NCBI GenBank assembly: GCA_964196045.1
Contig: CAXMRH010000073.1
Coordinates: 1-35,613, forward strand
DNA length: 35,613 nt
Direction: 5' to 3'
Source of the DNA: an uncultured Chthoniobacterales bacterium
GTDB lineage: Bacteria; Actinomycetota; Acidimicrobiia; Acidimicrobiales; SHLQ01
In this document: positions 28,901 through 35,613 of the stretch, in pieces
Layout of the letters: each line of letters begins with the position of its first letter
Position numbering within the stretch: position 1 is the first letter of the stretch
Notes under the pieces: generated by a model
Databases searched by the model: none
Told to the model about the DNA's origin: nothing
The model's input: the letters and a program-made list of their open reading frames with translations, nothing else
Made by a program: the position numbers and the translations under genes

Positions 28901-31900
28901 TGCGACCGCCGCTCTCGGCGTCGACCACGAGTTCGTCACGGTCGACGGCATGGACGAGATTTTCAAGGACAGCCTCGCCCGTTTCTCGAACGTGTGTAAC
29001 GGTTGCTACAAGGCGATCTATACCATCGCGCTTGCGAAGGCCGAGGAGCTCGGAATCGGTGCGATCGTGACCGGCTTGTCTCGAGGTCAGTTCTTCGAAA
29101 CTCGCCTGGTTCCAGGCATGTTCGACTCGGACCGGTTCGACCCCGAGTCCATCGACGACATGGTGCGGGAAGCTCGCCACGTGTATCACACGACGCCTGA
29201 TGCGGTGTCGGAACACATGGACGTCGAGTTCTTGGCCGACGACACGATCTTCGACCGCATCACATTCATCGACTTCTACCGTTACGTCGATGTGCCACTC
29301 AGCGAGATGTATGAGGCGCTCGAAGGCAGCGGCACCTGGCAGCGCCCACCTGACTCCGGTCGATCGACGAATTGTCTGATCAACGCGGCCGGAATTTTTG
29401 TCCACAAGATCGAGCAGGGCCATCACAACTACGCCGCCCCGTACAGCTGGGATGTCCGCCTCGGACACAAGACCCGCGACGAAGCAATGTTCGAGCTCGA
29501 CGATCCAATGGACGATGAGGAGATGGCCGCGATCACGACGATGCTCGCCGAGGTTGGGTACGAACCGCGTAGTCCCGAGATGCTGACATTGTGGGTGGAA
29601 GCCGATGATGGACTCGACGTGGAAGCACTTCAGAGCCTTCTTGCGGAGCGGTTGCCCGCCCATGCCGTTCCGCATGCCATCGAGGTCGTCGACTCGGTTC
29701 CGCTCACGGCGAACGGGAAAGTCGACACCGCCGCGCTGCCAGCGCCCGCTCGTCGACGAAACGAGGCCGTAACCGGCGAAGGACGAGTCGCAGAGACCCC
29801 AACTGAGTTGCTCATCGCGTCCACCTGGAACACGGTGCTCGGTCTTTCGGAGGTACGCGCAAACGATGACTTCTTCGCCCTCGGGGGGACATCACTACAT
29901 GCCCTCGAAATGATCGTTCGTGTGAGCGATCACTTCGACATCGTCGTTCCTGAATCGATCGCGTTCACGAAACGGACGGTCGAGGAACTTGCAGAGCACG
30001 TGGACGAATTGCTCAGCGACACCTCACCGTCGACCATCGACGCACGTTCGTCCTACGACATACCCAAGCTCGACGACGAACTCCTGCCACTCTCCGCGGG
30101 CGAGGAATCGATGCTCTATGAATGGCGCCGGGACCCGACCGATCACCGTTATAACGTGGCGCGCCTGTACCGCCTCCCGGACAACGCCGATGTCGAACGG
30201 TTCAACGGTGCCGTTCGTTCTGTAGTCGCTCATCACGAGACGCTTCACACGTCCTATGGCCCGAGGCGGCAGACGCTCGATGTGGACGCTGCGCTCTGGA
30301 TTGGCGACGTCTCCTCGGAGGAAGCGTCGCTCGTTCACCTTGCCGAGAAGCTGAACGATACGCAGTTCGATCTGGTCAACGGCCGCTTGATCACTCTCCA
30401 CCATCTCCGGAGTGGCCACCCCGATGATGTCGGTCAGCGAGGAGCACTGATTCGGACCCACCACATCGTCAGCGACGCTGGGTCGCTCGATGTCTTATGG
30501 AACCAGATCGACCTCGCTTATCGAGGTGAGGATCTTCCTGAACTCGACGTCTCCTACGCGGAGCACGGCACATGGCAACGTCGACGATCGGCCGATCCGG
30601 CAGCGGTCTGGAGCCCTAGGACTGCTCCAGCCGAACTTCTGGTGCGTGGTGTGGGTGCTGAGCCTGACGGCTATGTGCATACGGCTTCATCGATCTCGAT
30701 GACCCAGCTCCGCAAGGCCCCGGGCACCACGCCGTTTGCAAACGCCCTGACAGCTCTCGCTGCGGCGCTAGCGCCGTATCACGACGGGCAGAACATGGAA
30801 CTCACCATCACCTCGTCCGTCCGGGATCATCCTGCGATCGCGGATGTCGTCGGGTACTTCTTGAACCCGTTGCCGCTGCTCATCGACGTGGATCCTTCGA
30901 AGACGCTGCGTGCACTCTCGATGTCGGTGAGCGACACCTTGGCCGAAGGCCTCGAACATCGTGCTGTTCCTTTTGGGTCGGTCGTGCGCTCGGCGCGCGA
31001 GCGTGAAATCGCACCGCCAACAGGTCGAGTCATGTTGGCCGTCGAGGATTTGGCGCCCGCAACGCTCGACGGCGCCTCTGTGCCGCACTCCATCTTGTCC
31101 TCGGGGACCGCGGTGAACGATCTCACGTTTTTCGTGCAGATTCGCGACGAGCTGATCGAGTTGGGGTGTGAGTATCGGGGCTCCACTATTGGGCGAGCCG
31201 CGGCAGAACGGCTGCTCGACGCGTTCAGTAGAGCGTTGCACACGTTGGTCGGGCGTTCCGGGGACATCGTCGAGTCCGTCGCTCTGCGCCCTGCACCACT
31301 CACAGGCGGCGAGCTCACTCACCCGGCACAACTCGTTCCAGACCTGCTCGCGTCCGCGATCGCCGAACATGGAGCGCGATTTGCCGCTCGAGCTGGCCGC
31401 GAGAAGGTGACCTACGAAGAACTCGATGCAAATGCGCGATCGTTGGCTGCACGACTGCGCGCGGTTGGTGTCGGACCTGGCGACAGGGTCGCAGTTGTGC
31501 TCCCCAGGTCCGTCGACCTGCCGATCGCGATCTGGGCCACCTGGATTCTGGGCGCCAGCTACGTGCCGATCGACGTCGCTCAGCCAGCGGCTCGCGTCAC
31601 CGAGTTGATCTCTGCTGCCGGAGTCCGTGCCGCAGTGTCCTCCAGAGGTGGCCACGCTGGCCTCACCGAGGTCACGACCGTCCAGCTCGACGAGAACGAC
31701 GCTGCGGTCCTGCCGATTAGTCGAGTCCACGCTGTGACGCCTAAGGACGAGGCGTACGTGATCTTCACTTCCGGATCAACGGGTCGCCCCAAGGGTGTTC
31801 CGGTCTCCCACTGGAATCTCGCGTCATCGTTGGCTGCTCGGCTGCAGTGGTACGCAGATCCTGTCAAGCGCTACCTGCTCGTCTCGAGTGCCGGGTTCGA

Positions 31901-33896
31901 TTCATCGGTCGCAGGCCTGTTCTGGACTCTGGCAGACGGAGGTGAGCTGATCTTTCCCACCGAGGACGAGGTGCACGATGTTGACGCTCTACTCTCGCTG
32001 ATCGAGCGAGCCAAGCCCTCGCACACCCTGATGGTTCCATCGCTCTACGGGACACTCTTGGCTCGCAGTGCTGGACCCGTGCCGAGCCTGACGACGGTGA
32101 TCGTCGCCGGTGAGGCCTGTCCCTCGGCTGTGGTCGTCGATCACATGGCCCAGTCCGCTGATGTAGAACTCGTCAACGAGTACGGCCCAACGGAAGCAAC
32201 GGTGTGGTCGACAGCACATCGATGTACGCCAGCCGATGTCATGGCTGTACCGATTGGTGGACCTATCCCGGGTATGTCGCTGGAAGTGGTCGACAGCGCG
32301 GGGTTGCCTCTGCCCATCGACGCGGCCGGCGAGCTCTGGGTCTCTGGGCCTGGCGTCGCCGACGGCTACCTCGGCGATGCTGAGTCCCCGAGTTTTCTGC
32401 ACGATCGCGGGTTCGGACGGACCTACAAGACTGGTGACCTGGTCGTGCGCCGAGACGACGACACCGTGGATTTCCTGGGCCGCGTGGACGCACAACTGTC
32501 GGTCGGAGGCGTTCGAATCGAGCCGAGTGAGATCGAACAAGCGCTGACCATCGTTACCGGGGTCTCCGGCGCGCTCGTCGGCCTCCGAGGACGAGAGTTG
32601 TTCGCCTGGATCGAGGTGTCGTCAAGCCTGGCTGAAGCGGCTGTACGTCACGAAGTTGGCGAGCTCCTCCCACCCACCCATGTGCCGAACCGTGTTGTGA
32701 TCGTTGAATCGTTGCCTCGGAATTCGAACGGAAAGGTTGACCGCAATGCGATCGACTCGCTTCCGTCTCGCTCGTCCGGCGCAGAAATTGTCGTGACCAG
32801 CGATGCCGCCGACCCGGTCGTCAGCTCCGTGACCGCGCTCTTCCGGGCAGCGTTCGATGGTCGCGAGATCAGCCCGGACTCGGACTTCTTCGAGGTGGGC
32901 GGAGACTCACTCCGGGCTGTAGCGCTCGTGACGTTGCTCGAGAACGAGTTCGGACGTCGGGTTGCCATCGGTGAATTGATCGACGCGCCGACTCCGAGAC
33001 AACTTGCTGAGCGGCTACGTGTCGTCGTCGACGCAGGAACGACTGAGCCCTCAATTTCGTCAGCCGAACGCGTCGCGCTAGCCGAAGGCGGGTTGGTGGA
33101 ATGGCTTCGATCGAGCGGTTCACAGGCGCCGTTGATCGTGTTGCCACCTGGGGGAGGAAATCTGCTCAGGTACGCGCCACTGGTGCGCGCGCTCGACACC
33201 GACATCCCCGTCATTGGTATCCGGTTGCCAGGCGCCGATGCAAGAAGTGAGATCGTCACGTCGATCGCGGCTCAGGCCGAACGGATGCTCGAGGCTCTCG
33301 ACGAGGCCGTCCCGTCCGGACCGTACCGCCTGCTCGGTTGGTCGACGGGTGGACTCCTCGCCTGGGAGATCGGACGTCTGCTCCAGGATCGAGGCGACGA
33401 AGTCGAGCTTGTCGCGCTGGTCGACACGGTCATGGCGGGGCTGCGAGTCGACGACACCGGATCGATCGCGAACAAGTACGCGGACATGCTCCAGAACGAG
33501 GGTGCACGAGCCGCCGTTGGTGAGGGCCTGTCACGGGTTCGTGAGCGCGTGACCTTCGCCCTTGCACGACGCCGATATCGGGCCGCCAGAGAGGCGGGCG
33601 AGACCCCATCCATGGAGGACGCTGAGCGTCAACTCGGTCCGGTGATTCGGCGAGCCGCCCTGGGATACACGCCGAAACGACTCGACATCCCGCTCGTCTA
33701 TTTCTCGGCGAGCGAATCCGACAACGCCGTCACAGTTGACCCCTGGACTGATGTCCAAGACGATCTTGGCCTCGAGGTGGTGTCGATCGAGGGCGTACAT
33801 TTCCTGCCCGAGGATCGTTGCATCATCGGCGAGAGGCGAGCAACCGAATTGGTAGAACACGTGCTGCGACGATTGCCAGCTTCACCCCCCAGCTAG
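25974..33896 (+). CDS. Dimodular NRPS C-A(Asn code, interrupted by PP-loop AMDH-like domain)-T-C-A(His-like code)-T-TE, 2640 aa
   Basis: C1 HHIVIDA (26376), A1 FDLTITT (27855), insert ~28560-29575 with SGGKDS (28782), T1 GGTSL (Ser 29892), C2 HHIVSDA (30459), A2 FDSSVAG (31899), T2 GGDSL (Ser 32907), TE GWSTG (33336). Confidence 0.95.
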   Translation: MSNTVHLQPRRPLTPAQELIWTSQRLQPDSPHQNMALLTTFGAPIDADRFLEAVDAVVRTSDALRTTVREIDGVPHPILSAVPPSTTKVLRLDREDLDEWMHTRISRPIDLDKAAYESALIDHGNDEWSWFVNVHHIVIDAASSANFFNAVANQYHGQDYELPKYADVWAELSEMQNAARLDNARDHWALTEGDAAPTSMYRPDSGPTSLADRVNIDMSAGRQHALDALLEDRFRLLSPGLSLTVALATALSAYLAKLGNDDVTIGIPIHHRSTKNAKRVIGPLVELFPLRIDVLDDDTYVSLHERIGKSLFELLRFAIPGTSPRQSFDVVLNVHGATLGSFGPIPASTRWIHPGHIDPHHRLRVQALDYDGSGTLELGLDVNHRIADGDHRRRAGVHFSTVIDAMTSDPMQTVHSVGLLTPDESLLLESFTSSSHGVPIDGVAPEIVSQRLLAHADHITIQSSDEVLTAAELDARIDEVSRALKASGIGRGDRVGIEMPIGIDAVVAIHGVLRSGAAFVPIDPAYPAARREHIRDDSGCAFTVTSLAELRVGVTADHQIYPSDPISLEDPISLDDTAYVIYTSGSTGLPKGVPITHRGLSEYLGFAYSTYVGATPPVMPLFTSLSFDLTITTLFLPFLSGGRMTVHPGGGLSALREIVEQREATLLKATPSHLELLVRMLDVDHPLRGLIVGGEAFMVDLAERLQNVLGPELSIFNEYGPTEAVVGCMEHHFDPSSDHGPEVPIGRAAPGVALHILDRFGLPVPLGVAGELFISRPGMTSGYLGRPDLSAEKLVVVPPSGSDALLYRTGDLVRMLDADRMVYLGRIDEQIKVGGIRLEPGEIEHVAQQMTGVERAVAGLWTPDLAQRIENCVRCGLGSDVPGTTIDGDGVCSSCHQYDLVEPQAAAWFRTEDNLREAIAHARARSTGDYDVIHLISGGKDSTYALYKLVELGAKVFAITLDNGYIAEVAKANVRRATAALGVDHEFVTVDGMDEIFKDSLARFSNVCNGCYKAIYTIALAKAEELGIGAIVTGLSRGQFFETRLVPGMFDSDRFDPESIDDMVREARHVYHTTPDAVSEHMDVEFLADDTIFDRITFIDFYRYVDVPLSEMYEALEGSGTWQRPPDSGRSTNCLINAAGIFVHKIEQGHHNYAAPYSWDVRLGHKTRDEAMFELDDPMDDEEMAAITTMLAEVGYEPRSPEMLTLWVEADDGLDVEALQSLLAERLPAHAVPHAIEVVDSVPLTANGKVDTAALPAPARRRNEAVTGEGRVAETPTELLIASTWNTVLGLSEVRANDDFFALGGTSLHALEMIVRVSDHFDIVVPESIAFTKRTVEELAEHVDELLSDTSPSTIDARSSYDIPKLDDELLPLSAGEESMLYEWRRDPTDHRYNVARLYRLPDNADVERFNGAVRSVVAHHETLHTSYGPRRQTLDVDAALWIGDVSSEEASLVHLAEKLNDTQFDLVNGRLITLHHLRSGHPDDVGQRGALIRTHHIVSDAGSLDVLWNQIDLAYRGEDLPELDVSYAEHGTWQRRRSADPAAVWSPRTAPAELLVRGVGAEPDGYVHTASSISMTQLRKAPGTTPFANALTALAAALAPYHDGQNMELTITSSVRDHPAIADVVGYFLNPLPLLIDVDPSKTLRALSMSVSDTLAEGLEHRAVPFGSVVRSAREREIAPPTGRVMLAVEDLAPATLDGASVPHSILSSGTAVNDLTFFVQIRDELIELGCEYRGSTIGRAAAERLLDAFSRALHTLVGRSGDIVESVALRPAPLTGGELTHPAQLVPDLLASAIAEHGARFAARAGREKVTYEELDANARSLAARLRAVGVGPGDRVAVVLPRSVDLPIAIWATWILGASYVPIDVAQPAARVTELISAAGVRAAVSSRGGHAGLTEVTTVQLDENDAAVLPISRVHAVTPKDEAYVIFTSGSTGRPKGVPVSHWNLASSLAARLQWYADPVKRYLLVSSAGFDSSVAGLFWTLADGGELIFPTEDEVHDVDALLSLIERAKPSHTLMVPSLYGTLLARSAGPVPSLTTVIVAGEACPSAVVVDHMAQSADVELVNEYGPTEATVWSTAHRCTPADVMAVPIGGPIPGMSLEVVDSAGLPLPIDAAGELWVSGPGVADGYLGDAESPSFLHDRGFGRTYKTGDLVVRRDDDTVDFLGRVDAQLSVGGVRIEPSEIEQALTIVTGVSGALVGLRGRELFAWIEVSSSLAEAAVRHEVGELLPPTHVPNRVVIVESLPRNSNGKVDRNAIDSLPSRSSGAEIVVTSDAADPVVSSVTALFRAAFDGREISPDSDFFEVGGDSLRAVALVTLLENEFGRRVAIGELIDAPTPRQLAERLRVVVDAGTTEPSISSAERVALAEGGLVEWLRSSGSQAPLIVLPPGGGNLLRYAPLVRALDTDIPVIGIRLPGADARSEIVTSIAAQAERMLEALDEAVPSGPYRLLGWSTGGLLAWEIGRLLQDRGDEVELVALVDTVMAGLRVDDTGSIANKYADMLQNEGARAAVGEGLSRVRERVTFALARRRYRAAREAGETPSMEDAERQLGPVIRRAALGYTPKRLDIPLVYFSASESDNAVTVDPWTDVQDDLGLEVVSIEGVHFLPEDRCIIGERRATELVEHVLRRLPASPPS

Positions 33897-34855
33897 AGCG
33901 GCGCGCCGTACCGACTGATCCTGTCCACAAGTCCGCCGTAACGCGCTTCGAGCTCCCGTTCGACGTGCTCCGGCTCGGCCACAACCGCGAACGTCGCCAG
34001 CATCTCGTCATCGATCACGTCGGCGAGTTCGTTCCACCGACCGGATTTGGTGAGTGTGTTCAGCTCGGTCTGCGCATCGCCCCAGCCATGGAAGTCGAGC
34101 ACGTCTCGATAGGCGGGCGTCGATCCATAGAAGCCGATCTGCTGCTTGATTCCGCGTGCAGCGCGTGACATCTCGTCTTCGTCGTCGCCGGTCACAACGA
34201 AAGCAGGTAGCGCGACCTTGACGGAGTCGTGCGTTCTGCCTGCCTCATCCATGAATCCCCGCATGCGGGGAAGTGCAACGCTCGAGAAATGTTGTGGTGT
34301 GGTGAACGGGTGCACCATCCAGCCGTCACAAATCTCGGCCGTCAGCCGCACCATCAATGGTCCCACGGCGGCTAGATACACGTCTGGCTTGCGGTGTTGC
34401 GCCGGCCCAGGGTTGAAGAAGTCGGTCATGAGGATGTGGGTGTAGTGGTCGCCTTTGAAACGCAGTGGCTCACCGGTGTCCCAGCAGTCCCAGATGGCGT
34501 GCATAGCGCCGATGAACTCTCGCATTCGGGCCGCAGGTGCCGACCACGGCATCGAGAACCGTTTGGTGATGTGGGGTTTGATTTGGCTTCCCAGCCCCAG
34601 GATCATTCGGCCCTCCGAGAACTCGTTGAGGTCTCGCGCCGTGTGCGCCAGCGTCATGGGGTTGCGGGCAAAAGCGACCGCGATCGACGTTCCGAGCTCG
34701 AGGCGATCCGTGGTCTGGGCTGCGACGACCAGTGGGAGGAACGGATCGTGAGCGGTCTCGGCGGTGAAGGCACCGAGGTATCCCTCCGATTCGAGTTGGG
34801 CGGCTTGGGCGCCGGCGGTTCGGAGGTCGGTGGTGAGGTAGCCATCGGACTGCAT
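33893..34855 (-). CDS. F420-dependent LLM-class oxidoreductase (TIGR03617-like)
   Basis: AETAHDPFLPL, LGTSIAVAFARNPM, LGLGSQIKPHITKRFSMPW, AAVGPLM, FYGSTPAY; start placed at ATG 34855. Confidence 0.88.
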   Translation of the reverse strand: MQSDGYLTTDLRTAGAQAAQLESEGYLGAFTAETAHDPFLPLVVAAQTTDRLELGTSIAVAFARNPMTLAHTARDLNEFSEGRMILGLGSQIKPHITKRFSMPWSAPAARMREFIGAMHAIWDCWDTGEPLRFKGDHYTHILMTDFFNPGPAQHRKPDVYLAAVGPLMVRLTAEICDGWMVHPFTTPQHFSSVALPRMRGFMDEAGRTHDSVKVALPAFVVTGDDEDEMSRAARGIKQQIGFYGSTPAYRDVLDFHGWGDAQTELNTLTKSGRWNELADVIDDEMLATFAVVAEPEHVERELEARYGGLVDRISRYGAPL

Positions 34856-34861
34856 CCTCAG

Positions 34862-34871
34862 ATCGTAGAGT
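34862..34871. promoter_or_regulatory. Overlapping divergent -10 elements (bidirectional leaderless promoter)
   Basis: Plus-strand TAGAGT at 34866-34871, 6 nt before ATG 34878; minus-strand TACGAT at 34867-34862, 6 nt before ATG 34855. Confidence 0.6.
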
Positions 34872-34877
34872 TGGGAG

Positions 34878-35613
34878 ATGCGCGTAGGGGTGTTCATCGA
34901 TGGACAGAACATCACGATCGGGGCCAGGTACGCGTTCGGCTCCGGCAACATGCACCCGCTGCTACTTGGCAGGGCGATCGCCGGCGATTGTGACCTCGTG
35001 GAAATTCGCTACGCGACCGGGATACCCGACCACGACATCGACCCGGATCATCACGTGATCGAGCGTCGCCGTCACGACCTGATGCAGGCAACCGACGTCG
35101 TCGTCCTCGAGAAGACCCTTCGGTATCGATGGGAGTGGGACATCCGCGATCGTGATCTCGGCGATCCGAGAGATCACAAGGGCGAGACGACGAAGGCCAG
35201 GGTGAAATCTCGAAATCGAGGGCAGGAGAAGGGCGTCGACGTGTGGCTCGCCCTTGATGCGATCACGATGTGCGCTCGTTCGGACCTCGATCGAGTGGTG
35301 ATAGCGACGGCCGATTCCGATCTGGACATGGTGCCAACCCACCTGCGCATGATGCCCGGGCAAGAAGCAACCGAGGTCATGCAGGCACGGATCCTGCCCG
35401 ACGGTCGGTCCCTGCGTATGAACGATGCGTACGACGGCACCGTGGCGATCGATCGCGCGATGTTCGACTTGACACGGGACGACTTCGATTACACCAAGCC
35501 GCTTGACGACGGCGACATCGCCGCGTTCGTACAACGCATCGGCGCCGACACGGATGGCATCCGTGACGAGGGCGGTACCGTCGAGGGAGCAAGTCCGCGC
35601 GACCAAACAACAG
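34878..35613 (+). CDS. NYN/LabA (PIN-like) domain protein, 3'-truncated by the window edge; absent from the ORF track
   Basis: Manual translation MRVGVFIDGQN...IRYATG...QEKGVDVWLALD...VVIATADSDL gives the conserved NYN acidic motifs; frame open to the window end. Confidence 0.85.
   Translation, partial: MRVGVFIDGQNITIGARYAFGSGNMHPLLLGRAIAGDCDLVEIRYATGIPDHDIDPDHHVIERRRHDLMQATDVVVLEKTLRYRWEWDIRDRDLGDPRDHKGETTKARVKSRNRGQEKGVDVWLALDAITMCARSDLDRVVIATADSDLDMVPTHLRMMPGQEATEVMQARILPDGRSLRMNDAYDGTVAIDRAMFDLTRDDFDYTKPLDDGDIAAFVQRIGADTDGIRDEGGTVEGASPRDQTT

Noticed and set aside
28560-29575. Insert in A1 as an intein or mobile element
   Set aside because: No intein N-terminal C/S block, C-terminal HN or LAGLIDADG motif; it has a PP-loop enzyme signature at a known A8-A9 insertion site
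33893-34855. F420-LLM oxidoreductase as a tailoring enzyme of the NRPS cluster
   Set aside because: Convergent orientation, own promoter shared with the NYN gene, and a family common in actinobacteria; membership unsupported though not excluded
34962-35610. Minus-strand ORFs 34962-35606, 35174-35440 and 35377-35610
   Set aside because: Antisense shadows of the plus-strand NYN gene, which the track missed because it has no stop in the window

Overview
GC-rich bacterial window, most consistent with Actinomycetota (F420-dependent LLM enzyme, TANNNT leaderless promoters; Acidimicrobiia is a guess). About 30 CDSs; no rRNA, tRNA or CRISPR array seen. Main highlight: a compact NRPS cluster at ~21.2-33.9 kb. 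It has a PltE/PltF/PltL-like starter cassette (prolyl-carrier dehydrogenase, stand-alone A domain with an atypical polar pocket, carrier protein) next to a 2640-aa C-A-T-C-A-T-TE NRPS. The first, Asn-coded A domain is interrupted by a ~340-aa PP-loop (SGGKDS) insert like the AlbIV/CysH amide-dehydratase domain, the second A domain has a His-like code, and a HupE/UreJ membrane protein lies alongside. Together these suggest a new nitrile- or isoAsn-containing, possibly metal-binding acyl-dipeptide. Other highlights: an ArsC selenoprotein missed by the ORF track (UGA at the Cys12 position plus a SECIS-like hairpin); a methyltransferase fused to a degenerate nuclease-like domain, in an operon with a small ORF and a putative endonuclease, facing a DEDD exonuclease, with PafBC/RecA-NDp-like promoters on both units; a BON-OmpA gene split by one in-frame TAG; REP-like palindromes; and a bidirectional leaderless promoter.
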